A stretch of 64,000 nt of DNA from a virus (IMGVR_UViG_3300025648_000015:52146-116145); one strand, 5' to 3'; positions 1-11,132 are shown, counted from the stretch's first letter. The notes: generated from the sequence alone by a model not told the origin. Made by a program: numbers and translations.

Positions 1-2
1 TA

Positions 3-356
3 AAAAATGTCCTTACATTTTTGAATAGATATGGTATGCGACCAATGGTCCAAGAGCAAAGTGTTATTCACAGTCATGCTATTGAATATTTATATGCTTT
101 ACAACAATTTATGCTTCAATGGGTTAACCAATTTGTTAGCACTGTCCAACTTACATTTATGCCTGAACTTTATCCAGGTATGAGAATAAAGATAAACATG
201 GATCAAAATAACGTTTATCATTTTTATGTAATGGGTGTTACTCACCAGGGTAGCCGTTCTGGTGGATTTACTACACAAGTACAATTAACTGCTCCTATGA
301 AGGGTAATAAGATTCTTCACTATGGGCTTGATCTAGTGCCGAATGTAATATCATGA
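3..356 (+). CDS. Baseplate hub / tail-tip protein, C-terminal part (5' truncated by window edge)
   Basis: Frame is open from position 3 (KNVLTFLNRYG...). PELYPGMRI...FYVMGVTH...GGFTTQVQL resembles the C-terminal beta-barrel of phage hub proteins; lies directly upstream of baseplate genes. Confidence 0.55.
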   Translation, partial: KNVLTFLNRYGMRPMVQEQSVIHSHAIEYLYALQQFMLQWVNQFVSTVQLTFMPELYPGMRIKINMDQNNVYHFYVMGVTHQGSRSGGFTTQVQLTAPMKGNKILHYGLDLVPNVIS

Positions 357-1621
357 GTGTTACAGGAAATCCATATGATAAAAAAATGGGCGTTATTAAA
401 GTACGCCTTACATCACTTCCACAACTTCATCCTTTTAGCCTAGCAAACAATGCTGCACAAAATTATTATTGTCTAGCTTTAGACACAAAAGGTTTTCAAG
501 TTGAAATCGATCTCCAAGCTATGCCACCAGGAGTTACACTTGCTCAATTACAACCTAACCAAGTTTGGTGGGTAGAAAAAAGAACAACATTATATAGGTT
601 ATATCTATACGGTGGCATATTTGATAGCACAAAAAATCAAGTAGTTAGTACAACACCTCTACCGAGCAGTGCAGCAACAGGAGGAGTACCTGCAGGAACG
701 CTTCTTGATTTTGCTGGCCCTGTTGCACCATCTGGGTATCTTCTATGTGATGGATCTAGTTATTCTACAACTACATATAGTGGTCTATTCAATGCCATTA
801 GTTATACATGGGGTGGAACTGGATCTAGTTTTAACGTACCTGATCTTAGAGGTCGTACAACGATTGGTGCAGGCAGTGGTACAGGGCTTACCCTTAGAGC
901 TTTAGCTACTTATAGCGGTGAAGAAACTCACGTATTGGTATCTGGAGAAACTCCTTTAGTAGCTCACTCCCATGGATTCTCAGTGCCTGCACAAACAGGC
1001 CTTACAACTAGTACAGGAACTAGCAATACTGTCAGTTTGAATACAGCCGGTGGATCTACTGGTTCAGGATCTACAGGAACTGGTACTACCAATTCAACTA
1101 CTACTGTGGCAGGTAGTGCTAGTATTAGTTCTGGTACTACAGGAACCGGTACTGCTAATATTAGTGCTAGTACAAGTGTAAGTATAACAGATCCTGGTCA
1201 CACACATAGTGCTGGATCTTATGCTTTTATGGTATACAACACTACTGGTGGTGGAAACCTTTATGGTACCGGAACCCCTAGTAACCACTTTGGTACTGCT
1301 AACCCAACTCAATCTGCAACAACAGGTATTACTTCTAGTGCTACTACTTCTGGTAGTGACTCTGGTCACACTCACAGTCTATCTGGTGTTAGTGTTAGCA
1401 TCCCTTCACTCACCGTTAATGGTGCTACTATACCTGCACTTTCGATTCCATCTCTTTCTATTGCTTCTCAAGCAGTTACCGGTAGCGTATCTATTCCTGG
1501 TCTTGCTTTTACAGTGCCTGCCCAAACGGGGCTTACAACCAGCGGAAACACCGCTACAACAGCTTCTGGCCACAATAATATGCAGCCATATGCCGTAGTT
1601 ACCAAGATCATCAAGTATTGA
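353..1621 (+). CDS. Tail fiber/spike protein with phage tail-collar domain
   Basis: Tail-collar motif GVPAGTLLDFAG..P.GYLLCDG.......Y..LF.AI...WGG.GSSFNVPDLRGR; HxH motifs; C-terminal HNNMQPY..V.KIIKY. Confidence 0.85.
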   Translation: MSVTGNPYDKKMGVIKVRLTSLPQLHPFSLANNAAQNYYCLALDTKGFQVEIDLQAMPPGVTLAQLQPNQVWWVEKRTTLYRLYLYGGIFDSTKNQVVSTTPLPSSAATGGVPAGTLLDFAGPVAPSGYLLCDGSSYSTTTYSGLFNAISYTWGGTGSSFNVPDLRGRTTIGAGSGTGLTLRALATYSGEETHVLVSGETPLVAHSHGFSVPAQTGLTTSTGTSNTVSLNTAGGSTGSGSTGTGTTNSTTTVAGSASISSGTTGTGTANISASTSVSITDPGHTHSAGSYAFMVYNTTGGGNLYGTGTPSNHFGTANPTQSATTGITSSATTSGSDSGHTHSLSGVSVSIPSLTVNGATIPALSIPSLSIASQAVTGSVSIPGLAFTVPAQTGLTTSGNTATTASGHNNMQPYAVVTKIIKY

Positions 1622-1651
1622 TGTATAAAAAGCCCTATTTTGCCTAAGATA
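1622..1651 (+). promoter_or_regulatory. Putative late promoter (TGTAWAA-N18-AGATA)
   Basis: Same motif with the same spacing at 37734 and nearly the same at 63109; all three precede structural/late-type genes. Confidence 0.45.
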
Positions 1652-1653
1652 CT

Positions 1654-2106
1654 ATGAAGACTATAACAGTTAGCAACGGTGATATTAAACTTAGTACAGG
1701 AAAAATACAGTTTTCCACAGGTAATGCTAAGTTAGTACAAGACATATCTTTATGGCTAAAAGAACCCATTGGCACTGGATTCACCACGCCTAACTTTGGT
1801 AGCCTATTGCCACAATTGGTTGGTGGGACACAATCTGCATCAACCATTAGTACAGTAACAAACGAAATCATTCGCGTATTACAACTATACCAGGGTCAAC
1901 AAGCATTATATCTACAACAAGCACAAAATACAGCACAGCTTGCCAACTGGAATAAAAGTGAAATTATACAAAACATTGTATCGGTAAATGTATCGATACA
2001 GAATACAACAATATTTGCCGCTATTGCTTTAAACACTTTGAATAACAATACGGTAAATCTTAATCTGACGATCAATAGCAACGGAGTGAATATAACTAAT
2101 GGCTGA
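1654..2106 (+). CDS. Baseplate wedge protein, gp25/gpW-like
   Basis: NGDI.L..G.I....G.AKLVQDI..WL.EP.G.....PNFGS motif; size and position before baseplate J. Confidence 0.75.
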   Translation: MKTITVSNGDIKLSTGKIQFSTGNAKLVQDISLWLKEPIGTGFTTPNFGSLLPQLVGGTQSASTISTVTNEIIRVLQLYQGQQALYLQQAQNTAQLANWNKSEIIQNIVSVNVSIQNTTIFAAIALNTLNNNTVNLNLTINSNGVNITNG

Positions 2107-4567
2107 TACCTCAGGAGTTCTCGCTAGGCTACAAGCCGCCCTTTCAGTATACGACCCCACCTGGGACGTCAGCGTTGGTACAGCCACGTATAAAATCCTA
2201 GAATCTGTTGCAAAAGAAATTGCTCTTGCTAACAATAACTCTGTTCTTCAAACATATAGTTATGATGTTAACACAAAGAATGGTATTGAATTAGATACAT
2301 TTTGTAACTTGTTTGGTGTTTATCGCCAATTTGGTAAAAGAGCTTCTGGGCTTGCAACTTTTTCTGTTAATACTCCATCAACTAACATTATTGATATCCC
2401 ACTAGGTACACAAATTGCTGTACCAATTGGCACTAATTATACGTCTGCAATTTACTACGCAACTTCTGCACCAGCAATTATTGGCGTTGGTAGCACATCC
2501 GTTGACGTTCCAATCATTGCAACACTACCTGGAGCTTATGGCAATGTACCAACTGGTGCAATTACTACAAAAGTTAGTTCACTTGTTGGTATTACATCAG
2601 TAGTTAACAATAGTGCAATAACTGGTGGTCTTGACCCAGAAAGTGATGCTTCTTTACGAGCTAGATGGCAAAGCACAGCTTTTAACAACAACATTGGTAC
2701 ACAAGGTAAGTATATTCTTACTGCTCTTCAAGATCCAAACGTAACTCTTGCTAACACAGTTAGTCAACAGACTTTCTATAGCGAACAACTACAAATTAAT
2801 TCATCAATCAGTGGAACAGGCAATGCATTTACCATGCTGCTTGTAGCTTATTCTGGTATGACTAGCGTAATTAGTGGTACTACTTTTAGTGGGACCACAG
2901 TCGTTGCAAGCAGTGGATTTACCGGTTCAGTTACTGGTAGTGCGTTAGCTTCTGGAATAACTGCAATGATCAGTGGTGTTGCACCAAACTATCAAATTGT
3001 TGCATCACCTAACTCAAATACTAATACAGTCAATGGAACAGGTGTTTTAATTAATTATAGCGCAGGTTTACCATATCGTATAATGATTGGTAGCGGTACT
3101 TCTATCCCAGGTGCAAGCGTTACTACCAGTGGCGTTACCACTGTAAGTGGTGTTAGTTACTATAGTTATATTCAAAGTGCAAACCCTGACATTGGTACTA
3201 GCGGTACATTGTCATATAATGGTACTTTTGGTGGATATGTCTACCCGCAGGGTAATGAATTAATTGGTTCAAACCTTAATACGCCTTCACAAATAGTATA
3301 CGCAAACAACACTGATTATTACTATCCTACAAACCCAACTGCCCCTCTAGTAGTAACTATTGCAAACAATGCCAACCAAACTGCACTATTTGCTGGCAAC
3401 CAAATACAATTAATTTCAGAATATTGCCCAGCATCAAGTAGGTCTATAACACTTGCTAGTGGTAATTTTATTGATATCTTTATTAATGGTACGTCAGCTT
3501 CTTCAGCAACTGAACAAGTTGTTTTTAATCCATCATTTACTTTAAGTTCAGGCAACGCGATTGCTAGTCTAAACACTGTTAACTACACATTGGCTAGTGG
3601 TGCTGTAGCAACTACAAACTCAACAATTGCTAATGATATTTATATCCCATTAAACCAACAACCTGTTATCAACTTCCCATCTCAGTTGTCTACATCAACT
3701 AGTGGAATAGCAGACAATATTTATCTTTACAATGTTGGCACAAGTAGTGGTACTACTTACCCAATTGCTTTAAATAAATATCCATGGGTAACGTTTACAG
3801 GTACGGTTGTATCAGGAGCAACTACGAATGGAACAACATTTATTCCAGTAACAAATGCCAATGGTCTATCACAGTTATACCCAGGTTTAGCACTCGCTAA
3901 TAGTGCAATTGCATCAGGATCTGGTTACTATATTACACAAGTAACATCCAGTGGTGTTTATGTAAATCAAAATATTACTGCACCATCAGGTACTGCAACT
4001 ACAGCAGCAATTAGCGGTAAAACTTTAGTTTACCCAATTTATGACACAACAGACAATAAAAATAGTGTACTACAAACAACTGGCCTTGCATTTGATGTAA
4101 CAACGCCACCAAGTGGTTGGCCTGCATTGCCAACACTTATGTCATGGTTGAAATACAACCATAATTATAATAGCGATGTAGTTTCTGTAGAAACGTTGGT
4201 ACAACAAAGTAGACCATTAGGAACAAACACTCTTGTTCACCAAGCAAACTATATCAACCTGGTTCTTAACCTTAGAATTGTGTTCTCATCTGGGTTTACT
4301 CCAACTTCAGTTGAAACAAATATTGCTAATAACCTTGCTACTTATTTTAGTAGTTTTTATTATCTTGGAAGTATTTCTTTCTCGACTCTTGCAGCTCAAA
4401 TCCTATCAGTGCCAGGGGTATCAAACGTTAAAGTAACAAGTATTAATACTGTTGCTTTAGATGGAACAATACTCACTACACAATCTAGTGATTTTAACCT
4501 TGCAAGCAACCAATTACCATTGCTTAACGCAATTAACTTTACAGTTAAGGGAAATAGTAATTTCTAA
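2099..4567 (+). CDS. Baseplate J-like protein with large Ser/Thr/Gly-rich insertion
   Basis: ELD....LFG..R..G..A.G..TF, G..GNV..G.IT, GG.DPESDASLRAR, and C-terminal ILSVPGVSNV are baseplate J hallmarks. Confidence 0.85.
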   Translation: MADTSGVLARLQAALSVYDPTWDVSVGTATYKILESVAKEIALANNNSVLQTYSYDVNTKNGIELDTFCNLFGVYRQFGKRASGLATFSVNTPSTNIIDIPLGTQIAVPIGTNYTSAIYYATSAPAIIGVGSTSVDVPIIATLPGAYGNVPTGAITTKVSSLVGITSVVNNSAITGGLDPESDASLRARWQSTAFNNNIGTQGKYILTALQDPNVTLANTVSQQTFYSEQLQINSSISGTGNAFTMLLVAYSGMTSVISGTTFSGTTVVASSGFTGSVTGSALASGITAMISGVAPNYQIVASPNSNTNTVNGTGVLINYSAGLPYRIMIGSGTSIPGASVTTSGVTTVSGVSYYSYIQSANPDIGTSGTLSYNGTFGGYVYPQGNELIGSNLNTPSQIVYANNTDYYYPTNPTAPLVVTIANNANQTALFAGNQIQLISEYCPASSRSITLASGNFIDIFINGTSASSATEQVVFNPSFTLSSGNAIASLNTVNYTLASGAVATTNSTIANDIYIPLNQQPVINFPSQLSTSTSGIADNIYLYNVGTSSGTTYPIALNKYPWVTFTGTVVSGATTNGTTFIPVTNANGLSQLYPGLALANSAIASGSGYYITQVTSSGVYVNQNITAPSGTATTAAISGKTLVYPIYDTTDNKNSVLQTTGLAFDVTTPPSGWPALPTLMSWLKYNHNYNSDVVSVETLVQQSRPLGTNTLVHQANYINLVLNLRIVFSSGFTPTSVETNIANNLATYFSSFYYLGSISFSTLAAQILSVPGVSNVKVTSINTVALDGTILTTQSSDFNLASNQLPLLNAINFTVKGNSNF

Positions 4568-5523
4568 TGGCTGGTAATCTTTTCCCCACTGCTTTGCACT
4601 CTACCTTTATACAAAAGGTAAGTAATTTTCCAGATGATATTTATGATTTTAATAGTGGTGATGACCTCACCACGTTAATGAATATTTTGCTTGGCAACAG
4701 TGGTACTGGACAACTTAACAACCTACAGCTTGCTGCAAGGCTTGGTCAGCAAAATATAGAATTTAATAATTTAGATACAATACTTGGATTAATTCTTAAT
4801 GTAAAAAGAACTGCTCCTGAAATCTATAGTTTTGCTACAAATCCTTTTATTGATCAATTGACTGATGCTCAATGGCAAGAAATCAGTACAAAAGATGCAA
4901 GTTATCGTGAAAGACTTATGGGAGCTGCAGAAGCTTTTCAAATAGGTTCAACGCTGTGGGGCGTTCTCACTATGTGTGAAGCATTAACACAAACAAAGTT
5001 TTATGTTGTAGAAAGTTGGAGAACACCCGGTTATGGAAGATCGGGCGTTAACCCAGCCCAAGAAATAGTTCTTATTCCTTTAATGGATTCTACTAACAAT
5101 AGTGGTTTCTTTACTTGGGATCAAAGCAAAGTTAATACAATTTTGAATACTATAAAGTATTTTACATTTAATAATTTTGTAATTAGCTTTGGTTCGCCTA
5201 TTAATACACTTACTCAAATTTCTGGAAACTACGTAGCAACTAACGGTGGTTATTCAGAATACTTTCATTTGCAAACATCTGTGAATGCAAACGGTTTGAA
5301 CTCACCTGGAAATATACAACCAGGTGCTAACACAAGATATTGGGTAAAGAATAATACAAGCAGCGTAGCTCCACATTTTGCTCACTTGCAAACACAAGAA
5401 ATAATTATTGACTTAACAGGGAATATTAATTTTGTTAGCAGTACTGATCCAACTGGTTTCCCAGAAAACAGCGTTGCTCTTCCTTCTATCCAAGTTACAT
5501 CAACAGTCTATGGTGCACAATAA
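4567..5523 (+). CDS. Baseplate wedge / tail protein (gpI-like position)
   Basis: Follows baseplate J; DASYRERL...A...G.T..G motif. Confidence 0.55.
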   Translation: MAGNLFPTALHSTFIQKVSNFPDDIYDFNSGDDLTTLMNILLGNSGTGQLNNLQLAARLGQQNIEFNNLDTILGLILNVKRTAPEIYSFATNPFIDQLTDAQWQEISTKDASYRERLMGAAEAFQIGSTLWGVLTMCEALTQTKFYVVESWRTPGYGRSGVNPAQEIVLIPLMDSTNNSGFFTWDQSKVNTILNTIKYFTFNNFVISFGSPINTLTQISGNYVATNGGYSEYFHLQTSVNANGLNSPGNIQPGANTRYWVKNNTSSVAPHFAHLQTQEIIIDLTGNINFVSSTDPTGFPENSVALPSIQVTSTVYGAQ

Positions 5524-8500
5524 TGCCAATTTTACCAAACAATACAGACCCCTCAAAAGAATACGTAACGCAATCGGTTAATCCGCCTTTAACTATTGAC
5601 GGTGTTGTCTATAATAAAATTTATTCACACACTGGTGTAATTGATACTTTATCAAATATTCAAAGCACTGGATATTCAGATCCCAATGTAAACATTTTTA
5701 ATCAATCAAATAGTATTATTAGTTTTGATCCACAACTACAAAAATCATGGATCTCAAGTACTGATTTTGGTGGACCTACAAGTAATCCTGTAGTAATTAC
5801 TTACGATATTGTAAATACTACTTATTACAACAATATTGTTTTTGATGTGCTTAACGTACCTTGTTTTGTTGAGATACTAGACGAGAATGATAATCCATTG
5901 CCCGGTTCCTCAACATTCTCAATTGCCGGTGGTGGAGACATTTACACAACTACTAATTGGTTGCGTTTAGAATACAATGCACCAACTAACCCAACACCAG
6001 CTACAGTATCAGGTACAAATGGAACAAGTAATTTTACTTATCCATTAACTGGTGTAAGCGAAATATCTATTCGCATTACAAGGAATAAAACTGTTCAATC
6101 TAACTCGGGTAATGGAAATACTTTAACAAATATTGCTTATTCAGTAGGTGTACAAAACTTTAGTATCAAATTAATTGTTAAAAATAATTCTGATATTCCT
6201 GCCGCGGTTGTTAGTGGTTCTAATTCTATTATTACACAAAATCGTTTTAATTTTGTAGAAACATATTCTTATTCAGTTAATAGTGTTTCTAATATGTTTG
6301 TTAATGATTCAACATATTGGAAATGTGCTCCACAACCTGTAAAAGACTCAATCGTATATTTTTATATGAAAGTTAGCGATCCAACGCCAAAAACAATTAA
6401 TAGACTATACATTGATCCATTGTACAGTGGTTGCAAATTTAATGTCTATTACACTATTCAATCAACAATTAGTGGTACAGTAGATCCAAGCACTTTCTCT
6501 TGGACGCCTATTCAAAGAGATTTTTCTTTAAGAAAAGGTTTATACGATTTACCAACCGTAAGCTGCACGTATTTAAAAATTGAATTTATAAAACTTATAC
6601 CAGAAGTATATGACCTGCCATTGGATTCAATTAATAAAACTATTAATGTTTTTCCTTATGATGTTGAAAATTACTTCTCTCAACTAGAAGCAAATATTAT
6701 TGACGGTAATGCAGTAAAATATGCAATTACTAACCCAGGTGCTATTGGTGTTTCAACTATCTTAAACCAACAGATTAGTAACTCAACTATCCTGGGTAAT
6801 GCAACTGCAAATATTGGTAATAATTCTACTTTTCCAAGTCTTGCAAATCTTAACTCAACACAGATTAATAATCCTACTACACAATCTATAAATACAAGTT
6901 CATATATCATTGACCCAAGTATTAGTTACAAACTATTAGATTCTAATGGTAATTATAACTATAGTTCATATAATGAATTCCTTCAAAGAAGATTTCCAGA
7001 CAATCGTGTCCATGTTTATAATCAAGTAAACATTAATCAAACTTGGCACCAAGCCTACTTTACTGGTATTAGATACATTACTTCATTTTTTGAAAATAAT
7101 TTTGATGATCTACGTGGAACACCACAAAATTTTATTTCAAGCAATGGATCAAACACAGGATTCTCTAGCCAAGGTGTTGATTACATTAACCTTAATGTTG
7201 ACGAAATTGCAGTAACACCATGGTTCTCTACCATTGATAGTTTTAACGCATTTAATATTGGTGGTTTAACTACTGACTGGCAAAGTTTTTTAACTCAAGG
7301 CAATACAATTAGCAATGATAATACATTGATGAATAACATTAGTGCTGCAACTTTAAGCACCATGCTCATTAATGCTAGCGGTACAAAAATAGGTACGCTT
7401 GGTACAAGTACTATTTATGCAATATCTGGTCAACCTAATACTCAATATGGTATCCAATCAGCAGCGTATTCTTTTGGCAATAATATTCTTAATTACTACA
7501 ACGCTAATTTCCTACCATACTCTGGATCAATTTTAAATTGGTCAGGTCTTGGTGGTACTACAATAACTGGTACATCTGTAAATTATTATAATCCATCAAC
7601 GGGTCTTAGTGGCACTGCTAGCGGACTAAGTGTTAGCGGTGGGAACTATACAGCAGCATTTAACTTTACTATACCAAACGTCAATGCAAGTGGTATCCAA
7701 ACTTGGCAATTGCAATTTGGTGCACCATCGTTTGGTGTAGTTGGTTATGCAAGCTATACACAAGCCGGTGGGTTTAATTACTACTTTTTAACCAATGTCC
7801 AAGCTTCTGGTTCTACTAATATTAGTCTAAAAACTAGATTTATTAATCCAACAACTAATAATGTAATCTCTGGAACTACTGTGAGTGGTAGTACAGTTGC
7901 TGTAACTTCTGGATTTAATATAGCTACTGTTACTGGAACTAATTATAGCACTTCAATACCATCAAATACAATTCAATTAGTGATTAGTGGTAGCGCAAGC
8001 GTACCATATTCACTATATCAATTAGGTGTTTTCACTCAACCAACTAATAAATGGATTGGGCCATCCGACCATAGCAATATGAGAGTTAGTGGAACAGTAC
8101 GTGTACTATTGCCAAAAAATAATGCAGGAACTTATAGAGCAAGTCTTATTGGCACTGATGTATTAGGTAACTTATCTGAACTAGCTTATAAAATTTATAC
8201 ACCAGGAACTATGCCAATAAATACTTGGTTCGATGTAGAACTAGAAGGATTTACCGGTAGCAATTACGTATCATTCGTAATGGTTATAAGGCAGATTGTA
8301 CCAACAATTAACGAAATTTTTTATGTAAGTATGCTTGCACCATTCTATCACCCAGTGCGTTATGAATTTACTAATACACAAAACAACAATATTACTGGAA
8401 AAACAGGTTGGTATCCAATCACTCTTGGTGTAAATGATGCAAATAGTTTTATAAGTACTGCATCTGGATTACCAGCCAGTGGAATACAAATACGTATGAC

Positions 8501-8735
8501 AGCTCTAGACCCTAATGTTTATGTAACTGGAGTAAGTATTATTCCACAATATAAACAAAACTCATATTACTCTAATCTTGATATAAATTACATTGGAGTG
8601 AGTAAAACCAATGAAATTAGTTCACGACGTAGTATTAGTAGTAAACCTTATTTTCAGTTGAATTCTGAATATCATCCAGCTATTTTTAATATAAATAGGA
8701 TCTCAAGCAATGTAAATCTTTACAACGTAGATTGA
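5523..8735 (+). CDS. Large virion structural protein (baseplate/fiber-associated, beta-rich)
   Basis: 1070 aa, N/S/T/G-rich, last gene of the baseplate operon. Confidence 0.55.
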   Translation: MPILPNNTDPSKEYVTQSVNPPLTIDGVVYNKIYSHTGVIDTLSNIQSTGYSDPNVNIFNQSNSIISFDPQLQKSWISSTDFGGPTSNPVVITYDIVNTTYYNNIVFDVLNVPCFVEILDENDNPLPGSSTFSIAGGGDIYTTTNWLRLEYNAPTNPTPATVSGTNGTSNFTYPLTGVSEISIRITRNKTVQSNSGNGNTLTNIAYSVGVQNFSIKLIVKNNSDIPAAVVSGSNSIITQNRFNFVETYSYSVNSVSNMFVNDSTYWKCAPQPVKDSIVYFYMKVSDPTPKTINRLYIDPLYSGCKFNVYYTIQSTISGTVDPSTFSWTPIQRDFSLRKGLYDLPTVSCTYLKIEFIKLIPEVYDLPLDSINKTINVFPYDVENYFSQLEANIIDGNAVKYAITNPGAIGVSTILNQQISNSTILGNATANIGNNSTFPSLANLNSTQINNPTTQSINTSSYIIDPSISYKLLDSNGNYNYSSYNEFLQRRFPDNRVHVYNQVNINQTWHQAYFTGIRYITSFFENNFDDLRGTPQNFISSNGSNTGFSSQGVDYINLNVDEIAVTPWFSTIDSFNAFNIGGLTTDWQSFLTQGNTISNDNTLMNNISAATLSTMLINASGTKIGTLGTSTIYAISGQPNTQYGIQSAAYSFGNNILNYYNANFLPYSGSILNWSGLGGTTITGTSVNYYNPSTGLSGTASGLSVSGGNYTAAFNFTIPNVNASGIQTWQLQFGAPSFGVVGYASYTQAGGFNYYFLTNVQASGSTNISLKTRFINPTTNNVISGTTVSGSTVAVTSGFNIATVTGTNYSTSIPSNTIQLVISGSASVPYSLYQLGVFTQPTNKWIGPSDHSNMRVSGTVRVLLPKNNAGTYRASLIGTDVLGNLSELAYKIYTPGTMPINTWFDVELEGFTGSNYVSFVMVIRQIVPTINEIFYVSMLAPFYHPVRYEFTNTQNNNITGKTGWYPITLGVNDANSFISTASGLPASGIQIRMTALDPNVYVTGVSIIPQYKQNSYYSNLDINYIGVSKTNEISSRRSISSKPYFQLNSEYHPAIFNINRISSNVNLYNVD

Positions 8736-8760
8736 TTTTCTCTGTTGTTTATGGTAATAT
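8732..8760 (+). promoter_or_regulatory. SigA/sigma70-type promoter TTGATT-N17-TAATAT
   Basis: -35/-10 with 17-bp spacer and extended TG, directly before the helicase gene; matches four other intergenic sites. Confidence 0.65.
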
Positions 8761-8766
8761 TTACTC

Positions 8767-10626
8767 ATGCCTTCAGAGAAGACTATATATGTTCAAAAGA
8801 GTAAATTACTCAATGGAGTACTAAGATACAGCTCCTTGGACCCTGAAGTCAAGAAAAAACTTTTGATGCTTGATAATTACGGTACTTTAAAAAACCGTGA
8901 CAGGATTGATGAGTTTGCTCAGCTTGTAGAAAATAATGATTATTCTTTAATTTTTGAGGATAAAGAAGCTGAAAACGATTTTATAGATTTACAGATGTGC
9001 AGTTCTGAACCATATGAAGTTAATAGCCCTTTTTTGGTTGAGAACCATTTATTCCCTTTTCAGCATGTTGGACTTAATTATGTCTGGAAGCAAATGCTCT
9101 CAGAAAACCCACAAGTATTAGTCCAGTGGGATACAGGTGCAGGCAAAACTTTATTGAGTTGCCTCACTAGCCAGAAACTGTTTGATCATGGTGCCATTGA
9201 CAAGGTGCTGGTCTTTTCAAAGAAGATCAAACAATACGACTGGGAACAGGAGTTTAAGCGGATGACACACTTAACTGTTGAACGTGTAACAGAAAAGATG
9301 ACTCGCAAAGCTCGCCACGCCATGTACGAAAAAAACACTAACCAAGTATTAGTTCTTAACTACGAAAAAGTACGTGAAGGCAATATGGCTAAAGTGCCAG
9401 GCCAGAGAAAGAAAGTTAAGTCCTACGACCGTACAGATTTATTGCAAATTCTGAACATGATCAAGGGGCAACGTGTACTTATCATTATTGATGAAGCACA
9501 AAAAATCAACAGCGGAGAAAGTCTGTTGGGAGAAGGTTTTCATACTCTTATTAACACACCGGATAGCGAAACAAAAGCTCTAGCATTAACGGCTACACCA
9601 TATACGACTAGCCCATTGAACATCCGTAATATTTTTTCTGTAGTAGCCCCTGGTATTCCTGACGTTAGTGACATGAAACGTGATGTTTTTAAACGTTTTT
9701 ACGGTAAAGAGTTCAGCATGTATAGCAATGGTTTTGTACAAGAACTATATGTAAAAGAATGGGATCGTGCAAAACTTTCTTTATTAGGTAAGAAACACGA
9801 AAATTGGACTCACATTGCAATGAAAAGCGATCCCATTATTGCTGCACAGTTCCCTGAAAGCACTCCAAAAAAGCTTGTATATGAACTTTCTGATATTGAC
9901 CGTGCTATTTATGATTGGGCTGAAGAACAAGCTCGTGAACGTTATAATCCAGATAACCAAGTTGCTAACTGGAGCTATATTGACGTACTCCGTATGATTT
10001 GCAATACCACTGAAGGTCTTAAAAACAGTAATGGTAAGTTTGCTAAAGAAATTGTTGCAGAGTTTGGTAATGACATCAGCATCCAGAATAGTGCAAAATA
10101 TCAGTTGATTATAAATAATCTTGACGTTTATTTTGAAAAAAATGAAAAAGTTGTTTTGTTTACATATTGGACAAACGGCACTCTATTTCCATATTACGAA
10201 GCGTTAAAAGCACAATACCCAGATGTTCTTATTTTGCCTATCTGGGGAGTTGGAATGAGCACTGATCAGTCAGCAGAAAACATGAAACTATTTAATGCTG
10301 CTAAAGGTCCAGCTGTATTAATTACAAGTGATGTACTCCAAGAAGGTGCAAACCTTTATGCACCATACCTTTGGAACATTGAAGTACCACGTACATATGC
10401 AGATTACAAACAACGTAAAGATCGTATCAATCGTGCCGATTCTCGCTCAAAAGGAGTTGACAAAACATGGGTATATCGTCCAGTAGCTGTAAATACTATT
10501 GAAGAAAGAGTAGATGCAAAAGTTTTGAGACGGAGAGCGGAAGCAGAAGCAATTCGTGGTATTATAGACGAGCATGCTGACATGGAAGACACTATTGATG
10601 TAACACCGTTTGGATTTTTGTTTTAA
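8767..10626 (+). CDS. SNF2/SF2-family helicase
   Basis: LFPFQ Q-motif, DTGAGKT Walker A, IIIDEAQK Walker B, LTATP motif III, EGANL motif V, QRKDRINR motif VI. Confidence 0.9.
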   Translation: MPSEKTIYVQKSKLLNGVLRYSSLDPEVKKKLLMLDNYGTLKNRDRIDEFAQLVENNDYSLIFEDKEAENDFIDLQMCSSEPYEVNSPFLVENHLFPFQHVGLNYVWKQMLSENPQVLVQWDTGAGKTLLSCLTSQKLFDHGAIDKVLVFSKKIKQYDWEQEFKRMTHLTVERVTEKMTRKARHAMYEKNTNQVLVLNYEKVREGNMAKVPGQRKKVKSYDRTDLLQILNMIKGQRVLIIIDEAQKINSGESLLGEGFHTLINTPDSETKALALTATPYTTSPLNIRNIFSVVAPGIPDVSDMKRDVFKRFYGKEFSMYSNGFVQELYVKEWDRAKLSLLGKKHENWTHIAMKSDPIIAAQFPESTPKKLVYELSDIDRAIYDWAEEQARERYNPDNQVANWSYIDVLRMICNTTEGLKNSNGKFAKEIVAEFGNDISIQNSAKYQLIINNLDVYFEKNEKVVLFTYWTNGTLFPYYEALKAQYPDVLILPIWGVGMSTDQSAENMKLFNAAKGPAVLITSDVLQEGANLYAPYLWNIEVPRTYADYKQRKDRINRADSRSKGVDKTWVYRPVAVNTIEERVDAKVLRRRAEAEAIRGIIDEHADMEDTIDVTPFGFLF

Positions 10627-10627
10627 T

Positions 10628-10656
10628 TTGACTCTGGTCCCATATCGTGATATGTT
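10628..10656 (+). promoter_or_regulatory. SigA-type promoter TTGACT-N17-TATGTT
   Basis: 17-bp spacer, TG extension, intergenic before the Rpf gene. Confidence 0.6.
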
Positions 10657-10724
10657 TTATAAACTTAAAGAAGGGAGATCTATTGAAAACTAACTGACCT
10701 TATTGTTAGAGAGATAGGATAATC

Positions 10725-11117
10725 TTGAGACGTTTAATTACAATCTCAGTATTAGCTGTCAGTATGGTTATTAATCATGTTGGAGCTAGCACCCCAAAAG
10801 TATTAACAAACAAAGAAACACCAAAAGTGGTTCAAAAGATTAAAAAAGTAGTATATCCAGTGATATTGTTTTCTAGGCCAATTATGTTGGCTTGGGAAAA
10901 AGTTAACATCTGTGAAATGGGTGGTAACTGGCATTACATAGGCCCCTACTACAGTGGTGGACTAGGAATGACTAATATTAACTGGATTAAATTTGGCGGT
11001 TTAAAATTTGCCAAGAATGCAGGATTAGCAACACCAGAAGAGCAGGTAACAATTGCTCGTGAGATCGAAAAAAGTGGCTACGTTCCTGACCAATATGGTT
11101 GCGGACAAGGCTGGTAG
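10725..11117 (+). CDS. Secreted resuscitation-promoting factor (Rpf)-like transglycosylase
   Basis: Signal-peptide-like N-terminus; WEKVNICEMGGNW....YYSGGL.....W..FGG......A..ATPEEQV.IA is the Rpf core with the catalytic Glu. Confidence 0.85.
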   Translation: MRRLITISVLAVSMVINHVGASTPKVLTNKETPKVVQKIKKVVYPVILFSRPIMLAWEKVNICEMGGNWHYIGPYYSGGLGMTNINWIKFGGLKFAKNAGLATPEEQVTIAREIEKSGYVPDQYGCGQGW

Positions 11118-11132
11118 AGGAGAAAATAATAA

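Noticed and set aside
353-8735. Diversity-generating retroelement targeting the fiber genes
   Set aside because: No reverse transcriptase and no template/variable repeat pair with adenine-specific differences were seen in this window.
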